Below the pieces are notes generated by a model. The model did no database searches. It was not told where the DNA came from and saw only the letters and a program-made list of their open reading frames with translations. A stretch of 64,000 nt of DNA, taken from NCBI RefSeq assembly GCF_001194135.2, contig NC_068995.1, forward strand, positions 57,054,706-57,118,705, read 5' to 3'. Shown in pieces: positions 26,121-38,635 of this stretch; the stretch's first letter is position 1, and each line of letters starts with the position of its first letter. The position numbers and the translations under genes were made by a program. The stretch comes from Octopus bimaculoides. Lineage: Eukaryota.

Positions 26121-26584
26121 NNNNNNNNNNNNNNNNNNNNNNNNNNNNNNNNNNNNNNNNNNNNNNNNNNNNNNNNNNNNNNNNNNNNNNNNNNNNNNNN
26201 NNNNNNNNNNNNNNNNNNNNNNNNNNNNNNNNNNNNNNNNNNNNNNNNNNNNNNNNNNNNNNNNNNNNNNNNNNNNNNNNNNNNNNNNNNNNNNNNNNNN
26301 NNNNNNNNNNNNNNNNNNNNNNNNNNNNNNNNNNNNNNNNNNNNNNNNNNNNNNNNNNNNNNNNNNNNNNNNNNNNNNNNNNNNNNNNNNNNNNNNNNNN
26401 NNNNNNNNNNNNNNNNNNNNNNNNNNNNNNNNNNNNNNNNNNNNNNNNNNNNNNNNNNNNNNNNNNNNNNNNNNNNNNNNNNNNNNNNNNNNNNNNNNNN
26501 NNNNNNNNNNNNNNNNNNNNNNNNNNNNNNNNGGGGCGGTGATCCAAGATAACAGTGGGGTGCAGCAGTCATATTGTCCCAAAT

Positions 26585-26930
26585 GTAGGAACAGTACTTC
26601 AATGGTGGGTGTCAACTGAAGTTATTTTATCCACCCTGAAGAGAAAAAAAGGCCAAGTAAAATCAGAGGAAAATGAACTCAGAACGGAAAGAGCAATAAT
26701 GAATGTTCTGCAAGAAACTTCTTACGTTGCTCTGATTCTACCAATCTGTCAGCCTTAGATTTAATAATCACATTTTCTACAGGCACAAGGCCCAAGATTT
26801 GCGGGTGCAGGGGACTAGTCAAGTACACTGACTCCCTGAGCCCAGAGGAATTTGACATCAGAGTGTAAAGCCAGCAAAGGTGCCACTAAGCATTTTTCAT
26901 GTCATGTTAATGGTTCCGCTAGTTTGGTAC
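26585..26930 (-). mobile_element. Two decayed family B SINEs
   Basis: GAACTCAGAACG and CACAAGGCCC / GAATTTGAC motifs in reverse orientation. Confidence 0.55.
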
Positions 26931-27169
26931 CAGAACGTAGACTAAATAATGAACGTAGAAATATATGACATTAGTAGAGTCATAGTCGAATCCGTAGAGA
27001 ATCGTACAAATCTGGTGGTTATCTAATCAACCTGGAGGAAGAAGAAGAGTAAATTTAGCTCTGACAGGATTCCAATTCAAAATAAAGAACAGAAAATCTT
27101 ATTACAACTACAACAAAACCATATTTGCTTCCTGCTTTGCAGTAGGATCTACTGTTGGTAGCATCATGA

Positions 27170-27780
27170 CTGCTTACTAACACCACGACTACTACTACTA
27201 CCACCAAGACTACCATAAGTACAAATGCTGACGGTATGGCCCACACTAACCACTATTGCTACTCTCACCACTGTCAACATTAACTCTTACCGGATACACT
27301 ACTATCATTACTACTACTACTACTACTACTACTACAGGGAGTAGTATATTGGTCCCCTCGCTACTACAAAGCTACCCACCATTACACTGCTGTCACCCCT
27401 ATTTCTAGTGCTACACATCTACCACTGACATCTACCACATATAACCATTATAACGTTACAATATTACTACCACCACCACCACCACCACTACTACAATTAC
27501 TACTACTACCACCACCACACCTGAGATCATCACAACATTAACGGCAAACTAAGCTGCTGCCATTACAACAAACACCACTACTAGCACGAATACCAATCCT
27601 TATCGTAACCATTTCCACCACCACCACCACCACCACCACACATTGGTGCTAACACCAACGCCACCACACACAATATCGCTGCCACCACTAAAACTACCAC
27701 ACATACATTACCACCACCACCACCACACACGCAAGATTGCTGCCCCACCCCCACCCCATCACCAGAAAGAACTGCTGTCC
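27170..27780. repeat. Degenerate (ACT)/(ACC) trinucleotide mosaic
   Basis: Visible triplet periodicity. Confidence 0.8.
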
Positions 27781-28097
27781 TTGTGCAACACTTCCACTTG
27801 AGTCTCCTCATCACACCCTGCTGTGCCTAATATCAATAGCTAATGCATTTCAGTCCTTAACCGTTGCATGAAGACTGTTAAGTATGGCACCCTGCTTGCT
27901 TTTCCCCTCTCTCTCGCAATTGCATAATACCCCAAACACAAGACTCTCTCATCCTTCTTCATAGCATTTACCTTTGCAACTTTTCAGCAGACACTTGTTC
28001 TCTCCCTAGCTGACAACGATGATGATGATGATGGTGATGATGATGACATAGGTTGGTAGAAATGATAAAGATTAGGCACTTGAAAGTATTTTAGTGT

Positions 28098-28128
<31 letters not shown>

Positions 28129-28314
28129 GAAGAGGGGAAAAGGAGAAAGTGACATGCAAAATAAAAGATAGATAGAGAGAGGGGGAGAGAGATATAGATA
28201 GATAGATAGATAGATATACAAGACACTGCAACTATATATTCTCCCTCCTATGATCTCAAAATTGATTATCTGTAGATGGTAATGTGTTCTTCAGATTAAG
28301 ATATAACCACCGGT

Positions 28315-28362
<48 letters not shown>

Positions 28363-28428
28363 GAGAGAAGAGGGAAAGTATTTCAAAATATTAAGTTGTC
28401 TACAAGTAAAATTGTCAAAGACCAAGTA

Positions 28429-28570
28429 CCGTATTTCCTGGCAAATAAATCAAATTTTTCAGACCCAAAATTTACAGCCAAAAATGGAAGGTCAACCTAT
28501 ACACGAAGACAACTTTGAAGGACCAAAAATTCCATGTGAAATGCAGCAGGATTTGGAAAGATACTGGCAA
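28429..28570 (+). mobile_element. Tc2-like (Tc1/mariner superfamily) MITE, decayed
   Basis: TA|CCGTATTTCC terminus and subterminal GGTCAACCTATACACG. The right end is only degenerate (GAAAGATACTGG). Confidence 0.45.
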
Positions 28571-29485
28571 TGTTTGAATGGCTTCACAACACTAAATGTA
28601 TTACATCAACTCGTATGCAAAAACAATTTGCTAACCACAATTCTATCCACAAAGTAACAGTGGCATTGCACACTCTCTTCAGCTAGTAATGTCTTCCACA
28701 TTAATTGTCAGCTGATGTCCCCTAATAGAAGCAGCATCAGTTGTTTGCAATTTCTCTTGAGACACAACCAGCCACAGGAGAGAGAGTTGGTGACAGGAAG
28801 AGCATCCAGCCACAGGAGAGAGTGTTAGTGACAGGAAGAGTATCCAGACACAGGAAATATACTTTAGCAAATTTCATCTAAACCCATCCAAGCATGAAAA
28901 AGCAGACATTAAAATAATGAAGATGATAATTAGTTATAATGAATATAATACAAGGTGCAGGTGCATCAGTGTGATAAGATAGGATATCTTGTCACGCTAG
29001 AAATAGCAGTTAAATTTCACATATATCACACCAAAGTATTTTTTAAAAAATAAATTCAGTAAAATGGGTGGTGTTAGTAGGGGCAACCAGCCTAGAAACC
29101 AGGCCAAACATTGGAGCATGATGCAGTCCTTGAGCCCATCAGGCCCTATTGAACTATCCAACCCCTGCCAGCAAGGGACATGAGCATTAAATGGTGATGA
29201 TGCATCAGCCAATGAATGAGCCACTATGTAGTTGCTTGACATGCTAAAAACAGTAGTGAACTCTCACTCAGATCATGTCTACCACTGAGAAAAAGACACC
29301 TTAGATAAAATGGTTCTGGGATACCAGCATGTAACAAAGAAAGAAACAAACAAAAGAGTGGGTATAAAAAGAGTGAAAGAGATAATCTAACAGAATTAGA
29401 AAGAGGGAAGGAATTTTGAAAGACGGTGAATGTTAGAGATGGCTTTTATGGACTTATTTTCTCACACTACCTTTACGCACACACA

Positions 29486-29522
<37 letters not shown>

Positions 29523-30481
29523 CCTATGTGTGTGTGTGTAGTTAAGTATATNNNNNNNNNNNNNNNNNNNNNNNNNNNNNNNNNNNNNNNNNNNNNNNNN
29601 NNNNNNNNNNNNNNNNNNNNNNNNNNNNNNNNNNNNNNNNNNNNNNNNNNNNNNNNNNNNNNNNNNNNNNNNNNNNNNNNNNNNNNNNNNNNNNNNNNNN
29701 NNNNNNNNNNNNNNNNNNNNNNNNNNNNNNNNNNNNNNNNNNNNNNNNNNNNNNNNNNNNNNNNNNNNNNNNNNNNNNNNNNNNNNNNNNNNNNNNNNNN
29801 NNNNNNNNNNNNNNNNNNNNNNNNNNNNNNNNNNNNNNNNNNNNNNNNNNNNNNNNNNNNNNNNNNNNNNNNNNNNNNNNNNNNNNNNNNNNNNNNNNNN
29901 NNNNNNNNNNNNNNNNNNNNNNNNNNNNNNNATGAAAATGAGAGTGTGTGTATGTGAGAGAGAGAAAGAGAGAGGTGAAGTGTGAGGAATGAGGGAGACG
30001 ATTTCCATGAAGACAAAAGATCATATTGATTGATTGATCTCTTTACAATTCCACCACCACCACCACCGCCACCGCCACCGCCGCCACCACCACCACCAGC
30101 GCCATCTACTTTCACATCCTTAGGGCAACAACTGTAAATAATTTCATTTCAATTAATTAATCCACACTGAAGTGGAGATGACGGTGGTGGTGGTGGTGAA
30201 GGAGAGAGAGAAGAGGAGGAAGAAATGAGGAGAGAGAGAGAGATTGAAAGTCAGGGTGATAAATGGAAAAAGGAAAGCAAGTGTGAGGGAGAGATAGAGA
30301 GAAAGGGAGAGGAAGGGGGGGATTGGGAGAGGAGGAAAGGAAGGAAAGAAATAAAAGATAAGGAAGGAAAAGAGAAATGGAAGAAGAAAGAAAGTAAGAG
30401 AGGAACTGAACAGCAGAAATATAGAAAGAGTGGAGAGAGAGAGAGGGGGGAGAGGGAAAGAGAGGGGGATAGTAAAACAGA

Positions 30482-30521
<40 letters not shown>

Positions 30522-30698
30522 ATAAAAGAAGGAGAGTAAGAGAGATAAATAAGATGGTGGGAGAAGCAGAGAGAGAGAGAGAGAGAGAGATGCAGGGCAG
30601 AAAGGACAAGAATGAAAAAAGAAGTAAAAGAGTCACAAACACCTCCACACCCCTTATCACTCCTGCCCCCAACAATAATAACTCAGGAAACCCTATAC

Positions 30699-30847
30699 CA
30701 GTCATGGGCAAAGCTGTAGGCCCCGCGAGGCTTTCTGTATGGCAAGCCTAAGGAAAAATTACCTTGAATTGTTTTAGAAGTGTGACCCACCTGATGATGA
30801 GCCATGCCTCATGTGGTCCATGTCTCAAAAAACGTTGCCCGTGCCTC
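30699..30847. mobile_element. Short hAT MITE, decayed
   Basis: Left CAGTCATGGGCAA, right TTGCCCGTGCCTC. Flanks CCCTATAC and ACCTACAC match 6/8 as a putative 8-bp TSD. Confidence 0.55.
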
Positions 30848-31524
30848 ACCTACACACTTCCTTGACTATCAAGAAATGGCACCTAGATGCTCCGCAAATT
30901 TAATTCTGTGGATTTTAAAAAATTAAGCAGAACACTTTTTTTTTACCGATGGATCCCTTTGATTCCAATTGGACCCCCATAGCCCTTCTCTTTCTCTCTG
31001 TATCTCTGTATCTCCACCTTCCTCTCCCAATCTCCTTCTCCTCTCCCTTTTTCTTTCAGTCATACTTGCTCTCCTTTTTCAACCTGACTTTCAGGTGATG
31101 CTTAAAAACCCCGTTATATATTTTTATAATTAAATACTATTAGGAATTGTATAAAAACATTGTTAAAATGCTTTGCATATTGCAAAAGTAGAACCAATTT
31201 GTTGCACAGATTTCAACAACAAAAATCCTCCATGAACCCCCAAAGGGCCACATGGAGTTCTGTTGAGAGACACTGTGTCTGGAAACAAATGGCTGGAGTG
31301 CTTTAGTGCTTTTTTGGCCATAAATCTGTTGTCCATTAGGACTGACCTGGGGCTAATGATCAACAATAACAACAACAGCATTGAAGGAACAGCCCTCTGG
31401 TCCCTGAATGTAATGATTAAATGTGACTCAAATTACAGAATAATGTCTTAGAAAACACACAAAATAAAGAACACATTAATACAGTCCAAAATATATTATT
31501 CTAGGAAAATTAAAACTACCCAGA

Positions 31525-31895
31525 CAAAGTTGTTGAGAGGCTCACTTTGCAACCATGCAGTCTTGAGTTCAATCTCACTGTGTGGCACCTTGGGCCAGTG
31601 TCTTAAACTCTAGCTCTGGTCCAACTAATGTCTTAGGAGTAATTTTCATAGACGGAAACTATGCTGAAGACCACCATATATGTGTGCATGTCTATTTGCA
31701 CTTGTGTCTGACCCTGTCACTGCTCCATGTCTGGTATTGGTTTGTTTATGTCCCAGTAAATTCACAGTATAGCAAAAGTGACGAATAGAATAACAACTTG
31801 ATTTTTAGGATCAATTTGTTTGACTAAACTCTTCAATTCTAAGTGATGCCCCAGCAGGGCCATGGTCCAATGAACTGAAACAGGTATGAGATAAA
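31525..31895 (+). mobile_element. Family A SINE, full length, decayed (tail I)
   Basis: GAGTTCAATCTC B-box, GGCACCTTGGGCCAGTGTCTT core, short TG tract, tail to GTGATGCCCCAGCAGGGCC...GAAACAGG. Confidence 0.75.
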
Positions 31896-32639
31896 AAGAC
31901 AGGATGATTAAGATTTGTCCACCTTTCATCATAGAATTAGTGACCAGAACTGACCGGGAGGGGGGGGGGCTAAAATACATATACACACACAAACAATGAA
32001 CACTCCACCACCACCGCTATCACATTTCCAACAACCAAGAATTCTTTAATTACTTTCCAAATAGAAAACAATGAAGATATATNNNNNNNNNNNNNNNNNN
32101 NNNNNNNNNNNNNNNNNNNNNNNNNNNNNNNNNNNNTATATACACACACACATCATACATACATACATACATACAAACAAATGACCAAAAAAAGGAAAAC
32201 AATGCGAAACAAAACAGATCTTCATATTTGAATTATCACCAATATTGTATAAAAATAATTATAAAATCAGAGATTCGATTCTAATCAATTGAATTCAATA
32301 CAATTCAATTTAATTTATTATCATTGAAGTAATTACAAAGATTTTTGTTGTTTTTTTTTTATCAACTTCAATATTTTTCTGTTTTTCAGATTTTTTTCTT
32401 TCTTTTTACAGTTCATTTCAATTCAATTCCAGTTTATTGATTCCAATTTTAAAGGATTCCCACCTTTTTTTCTTTATTTTGCATCACCTTGTTTAAACCA
32501 GGAGATAATCTATTAAATACTGCAAATGTCTAAGCTGATACGATTACAATTTTTCGGACTATTAACCTCATCTGAAGAAAATGACATGTTTGCTCACAAA
32601 AAATAAATAAAATCAAATAAAATCATTTTACATCAGCTA

Positions 32640-33570
32640 TAGATGCAGGCATGGCTGTGTGGTTAAGAACGTCAATTTGGAGCCACATAGTCTTGGGTTC
32701 AGTCCCAATAAGGAGTACCATGGACAAGTGTCTTCTGGTAATTTAACATTAGGCATGTCATTCAGTGGACCACAGTTTGCCAATGGTTGGATAAAACCCC
32801 TTGAAAGTGGTGCTCCAGCATGGGTGCCGTCCAATCACTGAACAAGTAAAAACAATAAAGGATAAAAGATCAGCACTCTATTCAAATTGGTTTGATTCCC
32901 ATTTGGCATTGGGTGTCTTAATACAACATCTGTTGTTACCAGACAGGATTAGAATCAGGCAGCACTGGTTCTCTCAGAAATGATACACAACAACGGTAAC
33001 AATGTATGTATGAAGATATAGAGTGACTTAACCATTTATCCATTTGGCATTTAAACCAGTTCTATTCAGTTCAACTATTCTAGCTGTTTTCTGTTCAAAA
33101 TGGCCAGATTCAGCCTCTTACACCTACCCTACAATGTCATTCTGAAACCTCAAAACTACAAGATAATGTGTTTGACTAAGTGATCTGAATGCTTAAAGCT
33201 CTCCCTAGCTTGAAGGCTGAGTCTGACAAATCACCTGCAGCACTTCTTCTGTCGGTGTAAGATGTATGAGGGTGAGTGGCTGCTTTCTCTAGCAAGTTCA
33301 GTGACCATACAGAGCCTCTTAATCAGCTCATTATTGTTGCCCTTTTGTTTCGCACTAAGATCACAAGACTTTTTGGGCAGACTTGGGATTGTTTTGGTCA
33401 TTAGATTGTGACTATGCTGGCTGTCAAGTGGTGTTGAGGGACAAACACAGATGCCCTGGTACACCTCCACTCATGAGGCTTTGGGCAGCTCGAGGCTATA
33501 GTAGAAGACACTTGCCCAAGGTGCCATGCAGTGGGACTGAACCTGGAACCATACAGCCATGCCTGTGCCT
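32640..33570. mobile_element. Family A SINEs: + about 32640-32860, - about 33400-33570
   Basis: GCAGGCATGGCTGTGTGGTTAAG head on +; GAAGACACTTGCCCAAGGTGCCATGCAGTGGGACTGAACC on -. Confidence 0.75.
33032..33197. mobile_element. piggyBac-like TTAA MITE (family D), decayed
   Basis: TTAA at 33028-33031. Shares GGCCAGATTCAGCCTCTTACACCTACCCTACAATGTCATTCT and the TCTGAATGCT end with copies at 43841 and 53425. Confidence 0.5.
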
Positions 33571-34381
33571 ATAAATGTCTATTTTCTCTTTAAGCCCTAA
33601 AGTGTACCTACCACACACAATACTAACCGATGTGCCCTTGTCCTCTTCCTATTTTGCAGAGGGTAAATTTGAGGAAGATTTGGCTGCTATTTCTAGCTAC
33701 TCAAGCTACCATGTAGAAGCACTCTTGTTGATGTTGATGATGATGATGATGCTGTTTGTATTGTTCTGTTTGACACACATTATGCTGCTGCTATTTCATG
33801 TTATAATTACGGCTGTTATTGTGCTTGTCAATGTTGTTGTTCTGGCTGAGTCTCAATGTTGTTTCTGCCATTTATGTTGATGTTTTTCATAATGTTATTT
33901 TTATTTCTTTTCCTTTCTTACAAAAACCTTTCTAACACAAACATACACACATACAGATGTGTGTATACACTTGAAACCAAAAAACATTCACAATATTCAA
34001 GTTCATGCCACAGGCTCCTTTTGAGTTATTTCCCCTAGCTCTCTTTTTTTTTTTTTCAAAACAAAAGACAAAAAAATACATCTACATCCTCTAACTTACC
34101 AATATACCCCTTCATCAAGCTATACACCTCTGCTTCAGGTACCAAGCAGACATACAGACACCCTCGCTAGAGACACTCGGCAACATACACAACACAAATA
34201 CATACACACATGCAGAGAGCTTAAACACACACACAGAGAAAACATGCATAAAAATATCACACATACATTGACACACACACACACATACGCAAACATGCAC
34301 ACCCATGCTGACAAAATACACATGTACTCCCCCACAATTTTACAGGTATCCCTTCTGGCAAGCTTTCTATGAAAGCTGAGA

Positions 34382-34417
<36 letters not shown>

Positions 34418-34829
34418 ACATGCAGAGAAAGACATGACCACAAACATATGCATGCATACATATAAAGCCATGCACATATAGATGCATTTCTGTATCTACT
34501 CACATTGATGAAATACACACACACACACACACACACACGCGTGCAGAGGCCACCCTCACATTTACCCTTCAACTGTCACTCCCCACTCCTTATGTCTTTC
34601 CCTACCTCCACCCTGCACCCCGCTCAGCAGACGCAGGGGTAAGAAGCCATCAGCAAAATAACACAAATCTGCCCATAAATCTGGATGTTTAACAGCTCCA
34701 AGTTTAGGAGATTTATTAAATTCTCAGAATTCCTTGATGAAGAAGAGGTAGAGGAGGGAAGGAGGGGGGAGGAGCAGAGAGGAGAAGGAGGAGGGGGAGG
34801 ACTGAGCAAAATTTGAAAACAGAAATTGG

Positions 34830-35470
34830 CGACGATGACAATGACGATAATGATGATGATGAAGGGGAGGAGGATGATGATGATGATGGTTATATGATAA
34901 TGAAAATGATGACGATGATGATGATGATATGACGATGATGATGATGATATGACGATGACCACTAAATTGATGATGACAAAGACAACGATAATGACAATAA
35001 CTGTGATGATGATGATGATGATGATGATGACGACAGCATCACTGGTGATGATAACAACAACGATGATAATGGCGACGATGACGATGACGATAACAATAGC
35101 TTATGTTTATGACAATGCTGAAGAATATAATGACAATTATGAGATTAACGATGAAGATGATGACTGCTGACTGCTGCTGCTGTTGATTGTGAAGGTCATG
35201 GTGATAATGACACAAGAGACGTAGGCATAATGGTGTTGATGATGATGATGATGATGGTGGTGGTGGGATCAGTGGTGATTAAAATCGTAATAATGCAGTG
35301 ATAATTATCATGGTGGTGGTGGTGGTGGTAATGGCTACAGCTTATGACAATGATGATGATGATGATAGTGGTGGTGGTGGTGGTGGTGGTGGTGGTGGTG
35401 GTGGTGGTATTATTACAGTTTCCATTGAAAATGATGGTGGGAGTGATGAAAATGTTATAAGATGATGATA
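34830..35470. repeat. Degenerate (GAT/GAC/GGT)n trinucleotide mosaic
   Basis: Visible triplet periodicity. Confidence 0.9.
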
Positions 35471-35499
35471 ATGGAAGTGATATTGTTACAACGAAGAGT

Positions 35500-35790
35500 G
35501 AAAATGATACCTCATGGTTCCAGGTTCAGTCCCACGGCATGGCACTTTGGGCAAGTGTCTTTTACTGTAGTCCTGCAGCAAGTGGATTTGGTAAGTGGAA
35601 ACTGAAAAAAGCCCACTTTATACATATACATGTGTGTGTGTATGTGTTTGTCCCCACAACTTCTTGATAACCAGTCTTGGTTTGTTTATGTCTTGGAACT
35701 AAGCACTGGGGTCATTTTGATTAAAAAACCCACCAAAGAGGTGGCCCAGCATGGCAGCAGTTCAATGACTGAAACAAGTAAAGAAAGAAA
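35500..35790 (+). mobile_element. Family A SINE (tail I) with internal deletions
   Basis: GGTTCAGTCCCACGGCATGGCACTTTGGGCAAGTGTCTT...GGCCCAGCATGGC...TGACTGAAACAAGTAAAG. Confidence 0.75.
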
Positions 35791-35985
35791 AAAAAAACCA
35801 CACTCTAGAAGAATAACATTGTTCTTGAGAGATGTCAAATCTACTTTCTGAGACTCTCTTCTCAATACTGGCTTCTAATTTTGGCATAAGGCAGGCAAGT
35901 TCAGGGGAGGGGGTAAGTCAGTTACATTGCACCACCTTTAGTCAAACAAATTGACACCAGGACTTATTCTTTGTAAGCCTAGTAC

Positions 35986-36302
35986 TAACGTCCTCTTACC
36001 AATTACTCAGAAGTAACTTTTAAAATGAGAATATCTGAAATAAACTCGACTGCTCTCACAAATGAGAATTCTAAAACTGAATGCGACTGCTCTCAAAAAT
36101 TAAGGAAAAAAACAGGAAAAATAATCCAGAATCCTTGTCCGGTACCGGATCGATCCCAAAATCTAATCAGTTTGTGCCAGCCACGAGGCCAAACATCCCT
36201 GAAAGTTCTATCTGAATCTACCCAGCAGCTCTTGAGATATCTTGTCCATGGACAAACAAACATGACTGAAAACAATGCCTTCGCTAAGGTGGAGGTAATA
36301 AA
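35986..36302 (-). mobile_element. Non-autonomous Helentron-like (HINE/DINE-type) element
   Basis: Minus strand begins TTATTACCTCCACCTTAGCGAAGGC (subterminal repeat/hairpin), then a short (GTTT)n tract and an internal palindrome TCCGGTACCGGA. The other end is cut by a SINE fragment. Confidence 0.55.
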
Positions 36303-36994
36303 GTGATCAAGACAAGGGGAGGTAAGAAGGTAGTTACATTTGTAGGTTTGTGTGCGTGTGTGTGAGTGTGCATCCATTTCCAAGTATATATATATATATA
36401 TATATATAAATACATACACACACAAGTAATCAGATTGATATACATATTAATCTCAACTTCTCTCTCTATATATATATATATATATACATGTTAGAGTGTG
36501 GGGGGGAGAGAAAAGAGAGTTTTGAAAGAAAGTTGAAAGAAAAGTGACAATGATAGTTGAATGGAAAAGAAGGAGAGGAAAAAGGTGAAAAAGGAGAAAA
36601 TGAAAAAGAAAGGAAGAAGAGGAAGAAGAAAAAAATAAGATGCCATTCAACAACTGATGGATTTTAATGGATTTACATTTTGAAAAAAAGGGGGGGGGAT
36701 GATGTTTAAAGAAAAATCAACATCATCATCACCAATATGACCACTGCTACCATCATCCCCACCACTAGTTGAAAGAATAACAAACTTAATTGCATGCAAA
36801 ACAAGAGCAAGATGGCATATTTTTGCTGAAAAAGCATTTTATTGGATTCTCCAGAGAATAACAAAAAGAAAAAAACAATCAGCAAACAACAAAAACAAAT
36901 CAAAAAATCTTATTTTAATTTTGGACAAAACAATAAAATCTTTTAAAAATTAACAAAAAAAAAATCAATTCCCAATTATATATTCTTTTATTCT

Positions 36995-37200
36995 TTTACT
37001 TGTTTCAGTCATTTGACTGTGGCCATGCTGCAGCACCACCTTTAGTCGAGCAAATTGACACCAGGACTTATTCTTTGTAAGCTTAGTACTTATTCTATCA
37101 GTCACTTTTGCCGAACCACTAAGTTACAGGGACATAAACACACCAGCATCGGTTGTCAAGCGATGTTGGGGGGACAAACACAGATACACAAGAACATACA
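36995..37200 (-). mobile_element. Family A SINE tail I, well preserved, running into (TA)n and a gap
   Basis: TTTTACTTGTTTCAGTCATTTGACTGTGGCCATGCTG...CGGTTGTCAAGCGATGTTGGGGGGACAAACACAG. Confidence 0.85.
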
Positions 37201-37416
37201 TATACATATATATANNNNNNNNNNNNNNNNNNNNNNNNNNNNNNNNNNNNNNNNNNNNNNNNNNNNNNNNNNNNNNNNNNNNNNNNNNNNNNNNNNNNNN
37301 NNNNNNNNNNNNNNNNNNNNNNNNNNNNNNNNNNNNNNNNNNNNNNNNNNNNNNNNNNNNNNNNNNNNNNNNNNNNNNNNNNNNNNNNNNNNNNNNNNNN
37401 NNNNNNNNNNNNNNNN

Positions 37417-37451
<35 letters not shown>

Positions 37452-37649
37452 CAAGGAGATGCACAAAAGCTTCTGGCTTTAAGGAACTTAGGGCCTGGTC
37501 TGAGACCCAACTTTCTGAATTCTTTTACAGGACTTAGAAAAACTGAAGCATGTAAGTTTGAGAGGAGAATGCATCAAATAAGATCATAATTAACTGATCC
37601 TCCTGTATTTACTTTTACCCAAAGCCAAGAACTTTTCAGCACACCCTCA
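37452..37649 (+). mobile_element. Internally deleted mariner element retaining the transposase C-terminus
   Basis: TA|CAAGGAGATGCACAAAAGCTTCTGGCTT left end; AAGCCAAGAACTTTTCAGCACACCCTC right end as its imperfect inverse. Interior reads RAWSETQLSEFFYR / LEKLKH-VSLRGECIK*, like the mariner C-terminal W...Q..EFF..G..KL..RW.KC....GEYIE. Confidence 0.7.
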
Positions 37650-38087
37650 TGCGTGTGTGTGTGTGTGTGTGTGTGTATGTTGATGTATATATGTTAGCCG
37701 ATGTGTGCAAGTGCTTTACTTCTGTATAGAGACAGGAGAGGGACCAGTTCATTGCAAGAGAGATCTGAGAGACATGAAAGCCAGAACAATTCTTCTCTTC
37801 AGTTCTGTGATCAAAATAAATTATTACACAATATACTAAGCTACATATGGTGAGAATCTTTACAATGGCATTTCAAATTCCCTTTTTTTTTTTGGAATTT
37901 CCCAAGCAGTTATGGGTGTGTGACAACCCACCACCTCCCCACTCCTCAGAAGTTGAAAACACCTGTCTCTCCCGTGAAAAATTGAAATTTCTTTGCATGT
38001 GACACGCTGTAACATTACTTGTATACACGTGTATTTGAGTAATTACATCCAACATTTGCCTGATGTGTGTGCATATTTTTATGTATG

Positions 38088-38187
<100 letters not shown>

Positions 38188-38593
38188 TGAAAATAATAAT
38201 AATATACAGAAAACAGATATGGTATTCGATGCTTTGTAGAATATACCTGTGTTTCTCCAAGATGCTGTAATAAATTACATAGAAAGTTGTAGAAACATTA
38301 TGCAATTTTGCACTTCATCATCTCAGCAGTGTTCTGCAATAAATACCATTATTTAGCTCATATTCTACACCAGCCAGCATCGTGCTACAGCAGATTCTGA
38401 AATGGCATATAGAATCCACTGTTTGACCTGATCTTTGGTTTCTGTTGGGTTTCAAAGTGTCTTTTAATGATATATATGTATAATTCTATGAACACATACA
38501 CACACACACACACACACAGATTATACATCTATAAACACATATACATACACACACACATATATATTCACACACACACATTATACATATAAATAA

Positions 38594-38632
<39 letters not shown>

Positions 38633-38635
38633 CAT

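Noticed and set aside
26008-26619. MPGE-repeat ORF
   Set aside because: Translation of a 12-bp tandem repeat inside a SINE head, extended by Ns.
37531-37551. Host micro-exon DLEKLKH with strong splice signals
   Set aside because: Lies within a mariner transposase C-terminal remnant bounded by TIRs.
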